From contig NW_003314493.1 of assembly GCF_000143415.4 (NCBI RefSeq), positions 1 to 29,902 of the forward strand: DNA of 29,902 nt. The letters run 5' to 3'. Position 1 is the stretch's first letter; each line of letters opens with the position of its first letter. The notes beneath the pieces are model-generated. The model ran no database searches, was not told the DNA's origin, and saw nothing but the letters and a program-made list of their open reading frames with translations. The position numbers and the translations under genes are program-made. This DNA is from Selaginella moellendorffii. Its lineage: Eukaryota > Plantae > Lycopodiophyta. This document shows positions 10,011 to 23,320 of the stretch, piece after piece.

Positions 10011-10078
10011 AGCCCCATATTAATTGTAAGAAAAGAAAATAAAAACCCTAACTGATAAGAACACAAACTCTAGGGTTT
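10011..10078 (+). promoter_or_regulatory. Site II (AGCCCA) plus two inverted telo-boxes upstream of the Helitron RepHel ATG
   Basis: AGCCCA at 10011, AAACCCTAA at 10043-10051 and TAGGGTTT at 10071-10078. The ATG is at 10208. Confidence 0.4.
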
Positions 10079-10207
10079 CAAGACAAAAGAACAACCATCC
10101 CTCGATGGTGTCTTCCTAAAATCTATTTTCTCTTCACTACTGCCATACTGCTCTGTGCTCAAACTACTCTATTGCTATTTCACACTTAATCCACTTTCAA
10201 AAGCAAA

Positions 10208-13200
10208 ATGAACACAAGAAAAAGACGAGCAACAACAGAACTGGTTTTGAGCATTTCTGAAAATGTGAATAACACAAATGCACCACACATTAACGTACCA
10301 ATGAATCACTATATACAGAACAAAATGGGGCTCCTAAACACAAATCATGAAGGAAACTGTGAAGAAAACTACATAGGGCCAATGGACAAACAATGTGTCC
10401 ATTGCAGAGCTTTCCATTTTAATGCAGAAACAAAATCACAATGCTGTCATCACGGTCGTGTCCAAATAAAAAATAGAAACCATTTCCCTGAATTGATCCA
10501 GAGGTTGCTAGAAGGTAATTCAAACCAGGGAAATTTCAAAGAACTAATAAGGAACTATAATAGTGCTCTAGCATTTGCTTCCATGGGAGCAAACATCGAA
10601 GAATTTTCGGGTGGTGGACCATACTACTTTAAGATACACGGTCAAGTGTATCACCGAATGGGCAGCTTCAGACCACGAGATGATCAAGAAGCAATGTATT
10701 CACAACTCTATATTCTAGATACGGCACAAGCAACAGAAACAAGAATGAGAAATATGCATAACAAAAAATGCGACCGGGAACTAATGTACAGATTAGATGT
10801 TCTCTTACGAGAAATCAATCCCTATGCAAAAGCATTCAAGATGTTGCATGAGCTTGAGAATGAGATGTCTCTTTCATCACAAGAGATTGTCATGTACATC
10901 AAGGGAGAGAGCACAACAGATCCTCGAAGATACAATGCACCGTGTTCAAATGAAATTGCTGCCATTTTTACAAATCCAAGTGGGAACCCACCATTTGACC
11001 GTAGTATAGCAGTCTATCCAAAGGAAGAATCAATGCAGGAAATATCAATCATTTCATCATGTTGTGACCCTATGATCTACCCAATTCTTTTTCCCAGTGG
11101 AGAGGACGGATGGTCAAATGATATAAAATACACAGATAACGGCAATACACTTAAACGTTGTAATGTCACAATGATGGAATTTTATCAGCACAAATTTGCT
11201 ATACGGGGCATATGTCACAATGGCATAAGAAGCATATATTTCAACCCTGTGTTGACAGCAGGAAAACTCACACAACAATACATGGTCAATACATACACCA
11301 AGATTGAAGGTGGCCGACTAACATGGATAAGAAACCACCAACGTGAGCTACGTGCTGAAGCATACGGTGGCCTCTCAGATTTCGTGAAAAACAGAGCCGA
11401 ACAGGAAGGGGTACGTGCTGGAAAACTAATAATACTTCCATCCTCATTCACTGGAGGCCCACGACAGATGAATCAGAACTACCAGGATGCCATGAGCCTT
11501 GTAAGGAAGTATGGAAAACCTGATTTGTTCATAACATTCACCTGCAATCCTAAATGGAAAGAGATCACTGAAAACCTTCTACCTGGACAAACAACTGCAG
11601 ATAGACCTGACTTGGTTGCACGTGTGTTCCACATCAAGAAACAAGAACTCATAGATGACATTTACAAACGAGAAATATTTGGCCAGGTCAATGCTTATGT
11701 CTATGTGATTGAATTCCAAAAAAGAGGACTGCCACACTGTCATATTTTGGTGATCCTTGGTAAAGATAATAAAATCAGAACTATCGATGACATAGACAAT
11801 ATAGTTACTGCCGAAATACCAGATGCCAGACTAGACCCAGAATTATATGAATTGGTTAAAAAGCACATGATACATGGGCCTGAATTGGCCTGAATTTCCA
11901 AACAGCCCATGCACGAAGGATGGTGAATGTAAGTCACACTATCCAAGAGATTACTGTGAAGAAACACAGAATGTCGGTGGTCAGTTTCCAGAGTATAGAA
12001 GGCGCCAAGAAGGACATACAGTCCTAATAAAGAACAAACCCATTGACAACAGGTTTGTTGTGCCATACAACAAGTACCTCTTACGTAAGTACAGAGCACA
12101 CATAAATGTCGAGGTGTGTTCCACTGTAAAAAGTGTCAAGTATATATTCAAATACATATACAAGGGACATGATTGTGCGGAGGTACGCCTTCGAAGGGAT
12201 GAGAACTCAACACCAGAACAAGTACTAGACTGGGACGAAATAGAGGCTTTCAGAAACTGCCGCTATGTCTCCGCATCAGAAGGAATATGGAGGATCTATG
12301 GATATGACTTACATGGGAGATCACATTCTATTGAGAGACTGGACATCCACCTGGAAAACCTTCAAAATATTTATTTCAATGATGGTGAGGAAGAGGTTGC
12401 ATTACAAAGAGGCCGTAAAACCAAACTGACAGAATGGTTTGAGCTAAACAAGATTGATGAATTTGCAAGGACACTCTTGTACCACGAGATTCCTGAGTGG
12501 TATACATGGAATTCAAGAAACAGAATGTGGACACCACGCCAACGTGCATTCAAGGTGGTTGGTAGAATGTACACTGTATCACCACATGACTCTGAACGTT
12601 TCTACCTACGTATGATCCTGCTCTACAAAAAAGGTGCTACAAGTTTTAGTGATTTAAAGGTATTAAACGGTGTTGCATATGACACATACCGTTCTACTGC
12701 ACAAGAAATGGGACTTCTACAGGATGATTGTGAGTGGGAGAAATGTTTAGAAGAGTCGTTGACATTTCAGATGCCTGCAAAAGTAAGGTATCTATTCAGT
12801 GTCATGTGTTTATTTTGCGAGCTCATTGATCCCAAAAAACTATGGGATAAATTCAAGGAAGGGATGTGTGAAGACTTGGTCCGAAATCACAACAACTATG
12901 AAGCAGCAATGCAACATGGATTGAATGAAATGTCAATATTACTCCAGGAACATGGCAAGAAACTGTCTGACTACGAGTTACCAGATCCAGAGTTTATAGG
13001 AGTTAACGAAACAACAACTGAAACAAGATGTGTGCCATGCACACCTGATGAAGCTGAATTACTAAAAACCAGATTGAACAAGGAACAGCTTCACATATTT
13101 AACAATGTCTTGAATGCAATACAAAACAAAAAAGAAACAAGCAGATTATTCTTTGTTGATGGTGTAGGAGGCACAGGGAAATCATACCTTTTTAACACGT

Positions 13201-14461
13201 TGATAAAATATGTTACTGCTTATGGCATGAAAGTCTTAGCAGTCACGTGGACAGGAATAGCGAGTACTCTTCTTGTAGGAGGCCGAACGGCTCATTCAAC
13301 ATTTAAGCTTCCAGTACCAATCACAGAAACATGCACCTCGGACCTGCGAGAGAATTCAGCACCTGCCGAGGTCATAAGAAGAGCTGACCTGCTCATATGG
13401 GACGAAATAAGCATGGTACCCGTTCACGCTTTTAAAGCTGTCGAGAGGGTCTTGCGTGATATAAAAAACTGTGATACAGAATTCGGTGGCATCACATTAG
13501 TAACAGGAGGAGATTTCAGACAGACATTACCTGTTCTAAAAAGAGCCCGTCGCACACAAATTATCCAAAACAGCATGAAATCCTCACCAATATGGTGGAA
13601 ACTTGTAAAGTTCTCATTACATACAAACATGAGGGTGAACTCTGAAGAAAAGGAATGGTCTAGATGGCTTGTGAAGCTTGGAAATGGTAACCTACCTAGC
13701 CTCCAAGGATTCAACCAAGAAGTTATAAAATTACCTCTAACATCGACATCCAGAGAACAAATGATAGATAATGTGTTTGGAAAGCATATACAACCAAATG
13801 ACCCAAACCTATCACAGAAAGCTATTCTCACGACTTTAAATGATCTCTCTCTACAAATGAACGACAAGTTCTTTCGAGAATGACTGGCAGAACAATAACA
13901 TACAGAAGCATTGACATTGTAGAAACAGATTCGGAAGAAGAGATGTTGGACTATCCTGTAGAATTTTTAAACTCAGTAACACCATCTGGAATGCCTCCAC
14001 ACAAGCTACAGGTAAAAATCGGATGTATTGTAATGTTGTTACGCAACATTGACACTAAAAAAGGCCTCTGTAATGGCACTAAACTAATTATAACCAAGGC
14101 ACTACCAAATGTTATAGAAGCTGAGATTCTACATAATGGTATGCAAGGAAAAAAAGTCCTCCTACCAAGAATCTCTTTAAAACCAACTGAAGGAGACATG
14201 CCATTTATCCTCAAACGATGACAATTCCCAATAAGGCTTGCATTCTCCATAACAATTTGCAAATCTCAGGGACAAACATTACAGAATGTGGGTATTTACT
14301 TGCCAAGACCTGTTTTTGGCCACGGTCAACTTTATGTTGCACTTTCAAGAGGAACATCAAAGAAACAAATTACAATGTCTATTGAACAATGTGAAGGACA
14401 AGGTGTGCTCCAGAGCCATAATGTCTATACGAAAAACATTGTGTACAAAGAAATTCTCTAG
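10208..14461 (+). pseudogene. Helitron Rep (HUH endonuclease)/Pif1-family helicase, intronless, with two frameshifts and one nonsense codon
   Basis: Rep motifs PDLFITFTCNPKW, VIEFQKRGLPHCHIL and KYIFKYIYKG. Helicase motifs GVGGTGKS, DEISM, GGDFRQTLPV, GLCNGT, KSQGQT and [10 protein letters not shown], ending KNIVYKEIL* at 14461. Lesions at ~11880, ~13875 and TGA at 14219-14221. Confidence 0.96.
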
Positions 14462-14496
14462 GATTCATGTCACCAATGTAACAGATGTCCTATATA

Positions 14497-14523
14497 TCCC
14501 AGCAGAGCTGGATTCCCTGCTAG
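14497..14523 (+). terminator. Helitron 3' terminus (GC hairpin + CTAG, followed by T)
   Basis: TCCCAGC-AGA-GCTGGAT-TCCCTG-CTAG|T, ending about 60 bp after the helicase stop. Confidence 0.8.
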
Positions 14524-15423
14524 TTAACTGTATGTGTATGAAGTATGTGTATGAAACTTAAAATTCTCTTTAATGAAAGGAATATAAAACCTTTAGATCT
14601 ATATGATTATCCAATAAATGTTTGTAGGAAATCAATAGATCGACCAGAGTTTGCTCAATGCAGTTTTATTGAATCTTTTCCATTTTTAGAGTGCATTGAA
14701 AAAGAAAAATAGGCTTATAAGTGGAAACTACCATTGCCAGATTCTTGTCCTTATAATGCGTGTATTCAACAGATCCATTCAAGGTCGTTTCATTGGCAAG
14801 GCAGGAGAAGATTTGACAAATAACAATAGAACGGGGTTTATTCACCAGGCCAATCCTTTTTCACAAAGAGCTTATTTTAAATATTTTTAAGTTAATGTCT
14901 GATTTGAATGCTAACATTTTTCCCTCTGAAACTATATATTCCACTAATGTTTCCCATATACTTTTGGCCTAATTCTAGAGGGGTTTTGCACCCACTATTA
15001 AATAAGTAAATTTAATGGTAATTCATTCATACCACCACACTATTACATTAGATTTTGTAAACTCTAATTTAATAGTTGAATTTAATGGTTACTTGTTCAC
15101 ACCAGAAATTAACACTAAAGTAAGCTGATGTTACAGTTAGAATTTTATTTTTTTGCATTTTTCACTAAAATCCTAATGCTACAATTTTGTAATATCGTCA
15201 TTATCATCATCATCATCATCATCATATCATACTCATATATTTAAACAAAAGAGCCCGTATAATAATAGCATATACTGGGGACACTTATTCTGGGCATATG
15301 CCAAAATCTAACGGCTGAGATTAGACAATGTAAAGTCGTGACTTTTGGGATCATAAAAATTTTCAATTGTCTTTTAGGGTGCATGACCACAAGGAGAGAG
15401 CATCGATCATTGCTTGTGGGAAG

Positions 15424-15426
<3 letters not shown>

Positions 15427-15468
<42 letters not shown>

Positions 15469-15496
15469 CTGCCTCTGTGAGTGTGTGTGTGTGTGT
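15427..15496. repeat. (CT)18 and (GT)8 microsatellites; an (ATC)n tract lies at ~15203-15224
   Basis: Directly visible. Confidence 0.95.
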
Positions 15497-16281
15497 TTGA
15501 TGGAACGATTTAGAAGGCTACAGTCAGCTGTACATGATGCCACTGGTTGGTTCATTCTCGAGTTCAAAAGCTCACGCACCAGAAAATGACAATCATTTAA
15601 CCAACGCCGAAGCGTTCTTCAACAGGAGAATTATCCAGTTCGTGAAGAAACGAGTCGCACTTATGGAAAAAGTACTAACGCAGAATATCATCTGGTAAAA
15701 GAGTCTCGACCCCCTATTGTCGTCCCTGCGATTCTAACTTGAGATGTTCCAGGATGACCAAGATATTACGGCCAATCGCAGCAACGGTGGCATCGAGCCT
15801 GGCGAGGGACCAAAAACCTCCTACCAAAAGCCGCAACCCGCATTTGTTCCTTATCCAACACCTTTGAGTGAGTTCCTTCGATTTAGACACTAGAAAAAAC
15901 TCTAATGCGTTCGTTTTTCGACAGCTCCGGAAGAAGTCCTGGGAACAGCACTGGATAACGATCCTAAGCGGCTGAAAGCTCCAGCCTATTACAACGAGGT
16001 TGTGTTTGTTTCTCCATTTGAAAAGGTTTGAGAGGCTCACGGCTTTCTCTGTGTCGCCATAGTTGTGCTCGATGATCAGTGAGAACAGGATCGACGCCTT
16101 CCAGACTTATGCGGGGAACAAATCCACCAGCATCCGCCTGCGCAGGTGCATTTGGCAGATCGACGTGCTCTGCTTGGAAATGCGACGAGGATTGGGAGTG
16201 AAAGGCGAAGAGGCTATGATGGATGGAGCTACGACAGGGACGACGTCTCGGACAATGAGGGGATTCACGTTGTCATCGACA

Positions 16282-16471
16282 ACTAGAATCAAGGTTCTTC
16301 ACTCTCTTGCTTGTCGCTATTCTTCTTTCGGGTCTCTCAAGTCCCTGTTTGTTCCAGGTTCTCAAGGCTGGAACCACGACTAGAATCAAGGTTTTTCACT
16401 CTCTTGCTCTTCGCTATTCTCTTTCGAGGCTTAAAGTTCCTGTTTGTTCCAGGTCCTTGAGGCTGGAACCA
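16282..16471. repeat. Two tandem ~97-bp units, each with a GTTCCAG..CTGGAAC hairpin
   Basis: Units start ACTAGAATCAAGGTT at 16282 and 16379. The 16332-16497 segment recurs at ~24030-24197. Confidence 0.85.
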
Positions 16472-16689
16472 AGAGAAAAAATAGAAATTTTCGTCCACGG
16501 TTTGCTTCCTTGTTCTTCAGTTTTGCGTTTTTAAAGCATTGAGAGGGATTTCTATTTTGCAGCGCTATAAACCCTGTAGTCTCAACATGGATAGTCATAC
16601 GGGACAGCCATACATGGTGCTCTTCAGTTTATGACAAGTTCTCTTGAGGAAATGTTGGCAGTCAAGCACAAAAAAACTGGCTTGAAGGA

Positions 16690-17620
16690 CATGATGGAAT
16701 ACTCTCTTATAACAGTTCATATCTGAGGGTTTCATGTCTAACTCTCTCTCCTGTCACTTTGCAGCATTAGGAACGAAACAAGGAGAGCGAGCTCCTTGAT
16801 TCTTCACTGTTGATAAGTTTCTTTCTCGCATTTTTTGCAGTTGTCACTGTTTCTGAGTCTCCACAATGAATGCTTTGGAAATGGGTATGTATGTGATTTA
16901 CAGTCTTTGCAACGTAAGTTGAATGTGTTTGCAAAAGAACAGGTCATGAGTACTGGGAAGATGAAGGCATTGAAGAAAAAAAGCCAGCATGCAGGCAAAT
17001 GATGAACAAACATATTTCACCCATATGATCCTGTCACTTACAGGTATCAATATACTGCTGTGTTAGCAGTGTTTACATTTATCCTTTCGTCTTGATTACA
17101 GAGTGGAACCTCTGATATCTATTCCTTTTGGAGAAAGTCAGTGAATATCTTGGGATACAGGTAAACATAGTGCTTTGTAAGTTTTGCTATCAAAGCTAGA
17201 GGAAGTTCTTCGGTTGGGGTATGGTTTTGTCACAGCTTTTTACGGCAGTATGGTGACAGAAAGGCTATCTAGAAGTCCCAATGGTAGAGTCGACTTAATG
17301 CTACAGGTAAGTCTTGCTCTTTGCTATCACGTCATTCTCGTGTGGATCCAGGATACAAAATTTAAGCTCCACTACATATCGCTATCTGATCAACGACAGC
17401 AGTGGCTGGAGAGAGAGAGAGGAGATTTGGAGTCTGAATCACAGCAGTAGCAGCAGCAGCATCACCAGTGAGAAGATCTCAAGGCCATGAGAATCCTCCA
17501 CCAGTTTGGGATCAGTCACATGTACGTAGCAGCCAGGTGAGAGGGGCAGTGCGAGGGACAGGGACGAAGATCTCACGAGGGACAGGGATGAAGATCTTAC
17601 AGGGTCCGTCATCACCCGAT
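16690..17620 (+). repeat. Diverged module, copy A (copies B ~20900-21445 and C ~21450-21975)
   Basis: Shared blocks CATATCTGAGGGTTT (A and B), TAAG(T/C)TTCTTTCTCGCA, CTTACAG, ACATGTACGTA and GGGACAGGGATGAAGATCT occur in the same order. Boundaries are approximate. Confidence 0.75.
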
Positions 17621-19570
17621 TGATGAGGTCCTGGTTTGCTCTATCACTTTGGAGCCATCTCTGAATGGCAAGGTGAGCTTCAACGTGGTGGCAGTGATCC
17701 AGAGCAGCAGCTCTAGAAGTGGTAATGATGACCATGCGTTTCTCTACAAGGACATGGTGCTGTACAAATCCAATTACTATTAGCATCACATGTCTGAGGA
17801 CAAATTAAGTGAAGTGGTGCCAGATTGAATTGTATTTGTGTTGTAATACTACATTATATATAAGGTGTCTCCTACCCTTGACTGGCTACAAAAAATAGCA
17901 AATGTCTTTCCCTCTTTGCTCTAAGTGAGCACTCTGACCAACACACATAACAGTAACATATGTGTCGAGAAGGCCAAGTACAAGCCCACTGCTCAGTTCA
18001 AGCTCAAAGTCCTCTACATTTATATCAACAGCTCCTCTACATAATCAGGCTGTGTACTCCACATGAACCATGGAGCCTAGAGTTGGCCTGTCACAAGATG
18101 TCTCTTCTCCTCTGGTTTTCCTGTTGAAGCACTAAGCAACAAGTAAGCAATACAAAGCTTACACCATATCACTCACGGTCACTTTTGCAAAAGCTTACTT
18201 AAATTCCACGCTTGCGCAGACTCAGAATCATGTAAATATGAGCGCACACTCGCAGTTATGCTCGCTGTCCCAATACAGAATTTTCCTCCTCTTTAGTGCT
18301 ACTGATATCAGCACATGGAACTGCACACTCACTAAAGAGAATCCATTCACTGCGAAGAGGAACCCACCAAAAAAAATCCCTCCCATGCTGTTTAGAACTC
18401 TCATAGCAGGCAGGAAGATAGGGCTTCACGCATTCTTCCAGGGCTTGAGCATGGAGTTGGGACGGTAGCATTCTCTGTGGTAGTGCCATTGCTAGGGATT
18501 TCAATATAACATGTTCTTGGGGCCTAGATCGAGAAGCTTTATGGAACCACTCCACTGGAATCATCTCCACATGGTGGGGTAGCCTCGAGATTGTTATGAT
18601 GATCCCTATTTGTCTCTGTCTTTCCTTCACATGATGTGGTGGAGAACACAAGGACAACAACAACATTGGCTTCGCATAATGAGCCTCTGGGAAAGTCCTA
18701 CAAACAGTTCCATACGGTTCTCAACTATTTGTGGCGTATGGATCACAGATTTGGTGACTCTTGTACTCAGTGTGCTGCCTAACTCTTCACTTATTTCCTC
18801 TGGGAATGATCAGAAAGTAATAACTTGAACAATGTTTTCTCTGCTTCTAAATTTCCAGGCACTTCCACTCTTGTATGACCCTGATGATAATGAGAATGTG
18901 GATAATGTGGACTTATCACACGAGCACGTACTGTGGGAGACTTTCTCAAGAGAACTAAACTAATACAAGATGCAGATAGGTTCATCAAGAGAATGTCATT
19001 CACTTCTTAGTGACTGCTTAGTGCCTGTAAAGTTCACGAGGACTTGGAGAGATGATCAAAAGGTGGCGATGGATATGCTTAAGTGTGTGAAGCGTGAGCA
19101 TATGAGTTCTGTGCTTTGTAGGAGCTTCATTGTTGCCGAGACTTGAATTCAAACTATCTCTTTATTTTCTATCTAAGTCATGTGTATATGCACTGTTAGC
19201 ACAACTATTATATAGAAACTGAATAAGAGTTTTGATGGATGGCTCAAAAGAAGTTAGGTTGATTCAAAAAATACCTCTCCAAATTTTTTAAGAGATGGAG
19301 AATGATAACTCCACAATGGTGAGATGTGATGGTAAGAATTAAGGACTAATGCTTAACATAAACATGAAGTTTACCTATGTATGTATTAAGTTTCTAAGCA
19401 TAAAAAGTGGCAAGAGGAAGATGGATAAAGACAATAAATTCTACACAACCAACCATGCAAACAAACCGTCAAGTAGGCAACAATCAAAAGTAAAAGCAAA
19501 ATAAGTGTTAGATAAAATGCAAAACATCATGGATGAGTTGACAAGAACTTGTCAAGTGAAATGCTGATGA

Positions 19571-19790
19571 NNNNNNNNNNNNNNNNNNNNNNNNNNNNNN
19601 NNNNNNNNNNNNNNNNNNNNNNNNNNNNNNNNNNNNNNNNNNNNNNNNNNNNNNNNNNNNNNNNNNNNNNNNNNNNNNNNNNNNNNNNNNNNNNNNNNNN
19701 NNNNNNNNNNNNNNNNNNNNNNNNNNNNNNNNNNNNNNNNNNNNNNNNNNNNNNNNNNNNNNNNNNNNNNNNNNNNNNNNNNNNNNNNNN
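19571..19790. other. Assembly gap (220 N)
   Basis: Run of N. Confidence 1.
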
Positions 19791-20804
19791 CTATTATAAT
19801 TTAGTATTAATACACATATAACTTTTTTGACTGCAGGTATTATATTAGAAAATAAATTTTAGTTACTTATAAAAATGTATAAATGCGAAGTATGAAAGTG
19901 TGGATGTACTCTGAACACTTCAACATCATAAATTATACAATCTGCTATTCTTTTTGTGAGAAACCTTTTTTACCTGAACTCTGAAACAAACAGTGAATCT
20001 AACTGAAAGAAACACAAGGTTGTTTCTTGTATTTTTTCTCTCAACGCATTATCATGTTCTTCTCCTTTGCATTTTTTTTCAATGGAAAGCAGACATTGTG
20101 ATGACAAATATCTTTGGAAAATTGTTTCCAATGCAGAAGCTCTACATGCGGGACTGGCCATTTGAACTCTACATTGATATGTGGGCTAAGATATATCTTC
20201 TTTATCTAGCCAGGCATTAGGGTAATTCAGGCCAGGGTAGTGAGCTGATTAGCTTTTTTGAAGCTTGATAGTGATGAGGATCTGACAGAGATTCAAGATG
20301 TAATGCTGCCACAATGTGCCAACTTGCCACAGAGAAAAAAAGTGATGTATGCTCATATCCAAGTTATTAGGGTGACACCATCCAGCCAGCACTATTGGAA
20401 GCTAGCATTAGACAATAAGAGTGAGTCACATCTATTTCTTGTTGATCATGTAGATGGAATAGGAAATCTATTTGTATTCCACACTTTATGACAATGCATG
20501 GGCTTCTGGTTACACAAATTATACTATAAATTATGATTTAAGATATTATTAACTTATTCTATAATATTTTAATATCATAAAAATCATGATACTAAAAAAA
20601 CAAAAAATTATATATACATTATAATATAGCATGTTATAATATAACAATAATTTATATATTAAGCATAAATTATGTAAAAGGGACTTTCAATATAAATATT
20701 ATATTATGTTTAATTATGTATGCTATAATAATGATTATGTTAAAAATTACAATTACAATTACAACTCTTTGAAATTACTAAAACATCAGGAATAAACACG
20801 ATGC

Positions 20805-20831
20805 TCCCAGCGTAGCTGGGACTTTTGCTAG
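20805..20831 (+). terminator. Second Helitron 3' terminus
   Basis: Perfect TCCCAGC-GTA-GCTGGGA hairpin, 6 nt, then CTAG|T. Preceded by a very AT-rich tract. Confidence 0.88.
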
Positions 20832-23239
20832 TACTTCTTTATTTAAAAGTGCTATTGGCATCGGAGGACAGATATTCTCTTACCCTTAGATTTTTAGGAT
20901 AGATGTAACACTCTCTTAAAACGGTTATGGCTTTTCATATATCTGAGGGTTTTATGTTTGACTCTCATATATCACTGTGCAGCATTGGGAATGAGATTGT
21001 GAGCCCCTTGAAAATACCATTTTCCTCAATTTGGTACACAAATTTTTTGTTTCAGATACACTGTAGTGGCTTGATTATTCACTTATGATAAGTTTCTTTC
21101 TCGCAGGTGGACACATTCGTATGATCCTGGCGCTTACAGGACAAAATACTTCTGTGTTGGCAGCTTTTACAGCCATCCTTTTTCATTTCCCATTTCATGT
21201 TACAGGTAATTCGTAATCACAGCAGAAGCAGCAGTATCACCAGCAAGATGCACTCAAGGCTGTGCAAAAATTCTCCACCAGTATTTTGGGAATGTTTACA
21301 TGTACGTAGTGGCAATGTCTGGGTCAGTGAGCAGGTTGGTGCGAGGTACAGGGATGAAGATCTCACAAGGGACAGGGAAAAAAGAGCTTGTGGGGTCGGC
21401 CATCGCCCACAAGCAGTGGAATACGTTTTTAAGATATATTATGGTGGCTTGATTCTTCACTTATGGTAAGCTTCTTTCTCGCAGGTGGACACATTCGTAC
21501 AATTCTGGCACTTACAGATACCAAAATGCTTCTGTGTTTGCAGCGTTTACAGCCATCCTTTCTTTGTGATTACAGAGTGGGATATTTTTTTCAGACAAAG
21601 TCAGTTATGATTTTGGGATACAGGAAATCATCGTGCTTTTTATGTTTTGCTATCAGAGCTGAAGTAAGTTCTTTGGTTGGGGTATGTTTTTGTGTCACAG
21701 ATTTTAATTGTAGTATATTAATGGCAAGTATAGAACTGATTTTATGCTACAGGTAAGTCAGAAGAATCATGGCAACAGTAGCAACATCGCCAGTGAGATG
21801 CACTCAAGGCTGCACAAGAATTCTCCACCAGTATGAACGGCCACATGTACGTACGTCAGTGAGCAGGTTGGTACAAGGGACAGGTATGAAAATCTCACAA
21901 GGGACAGGGAAAAAGATCTTGTGGTGTCGGTCACCGCCCATGAGCAATGGAATACGTTTTTCAAGCTTCATGAAGGAAGACTCAAGTCTGGAGAAAGAAG
22001 GTAAAAAACAATTTCTTTCAGAGGTGGAAGGATTGAAGAGGAAGCTCATGAGCAAGGTTGCTAGCTTCAATCCAGCCCGATTGACAGTTATGATGAAAAT
22101 ACACAAAGATATAAAAGGAAGAAGTTTGGTTTTGTTTGTTTCCATTTCTTCCAGTTTGAGCAGTTTGTGGTGGTTTAGTAGAGGAGGCTGAAGTATCCTT
22201 ACTGCCCTCCTCACATCACCAGACCAAAGGTATCGATTTTTGTTATTCATAACTCTTTAGTATGATCTTTTTTCTAAAATTATTTCTTGTGTCAGGAGTG
22301 TAAGAAGTTCTGTGTGGTTCTCCTCCCCGAAAGACAATACTTTGTTGCCAGAGAATTTCAAACTACTGGCAGTTCCATTGTTTGTTTGGCAGTTCCATTC
22401 TTTCTTTTTATTTTTTCTTATTTTCCTCTATTAACTTACTATGAGTGGCTCTTTATTTTTTCAAACGTTTTGTCATTGATATGTAGATACACTCTCTCCG
22501 CTGTATACAAGTGAAAGAAAAAGAGAGAAAAACAAACCTGCCAATGTACACTTATCAAAAGATCGATAGAACAGCCTCAGTATGTACCAAGAAGAGTTGA
22601 GTATCAATGAACATCTGATAATTACCACCAGGAGAAAAAGCATATAGTTTTCTTTTAATTTTCGTAAGTTGTGACTCTTGTGCTCATTTTCAGATTGAAC
22701 TTTTGTGACTATTTGAGTGCCTACAACTGCACATAGCGATTCTAAATAGCTTCTACGAGTCTTCAAAAAAACCGTCTGCTTCCTGTGCCTGCAATGTAAA
22801 AAAAAAACTCTCATCCAGTCTGTTGCTCTCTCCCCAATGTTCACTGAGAAATGTGTACTCTTTCTTTTCCTTTCATGATCACTTGAATCCTTATAGTTTA
22901 GTTTATAGAGCTTTTTGATACTGCTGGGTTTTCACTTAGCAATCTTCTGTGAAGAAAAAAGTGCTGAAGTACCTTCAATCATACATGAATGTGCATGATG
23001 ACTGTGATTTCGTGTCTCAAATTGGTCATGAGAAAAAAAAAATCAGTGCGGGAGAGAAATGATTAAAATGAAATGTAGAATAAGGTAAAGCAGTAGAATG
23101 CATAGATTGCAATCAAAGCTGCAAGTTTTAGAAACAAACTATAGAATAAACATGCTGAGACTGGAGTAAAAGGCTGTCTCTGGTGACCAAAAACCAAAGA
23201 CAATAATCCAGAGGAGAAAATGGATAAAATGGAAGGCCA

Positions 23240-23320
23240 TGATGAACCAGAGCATTGGCAACATAAGTGGTCATTTCGGGCATGTAATCAAACACTTGCC
23301 TGGCTCTCCTCACAGAAAGC
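23240..23320 (-). pseudogene. Pentatricopeptide repeat (PLS-type) gene fragment
   Basis: SVRRARQVFDYMPEMTTYVANALV resembles the ARxVFDxMPx...NALI motif. Confidence 0.55.

Noticed and set aside
15560-16270. Coding-like, GC-richer stretch
   Set aside because: The frames I translated contain stops and no recognisable family motif, so it is left uncalled.
18238-19003. Cluster of short ORFs
   Set aside because: No recognisable domain; likely decayed cargo.
19549-19821. 90-aa ORF
   Set aside because: Artefact of the N gap.
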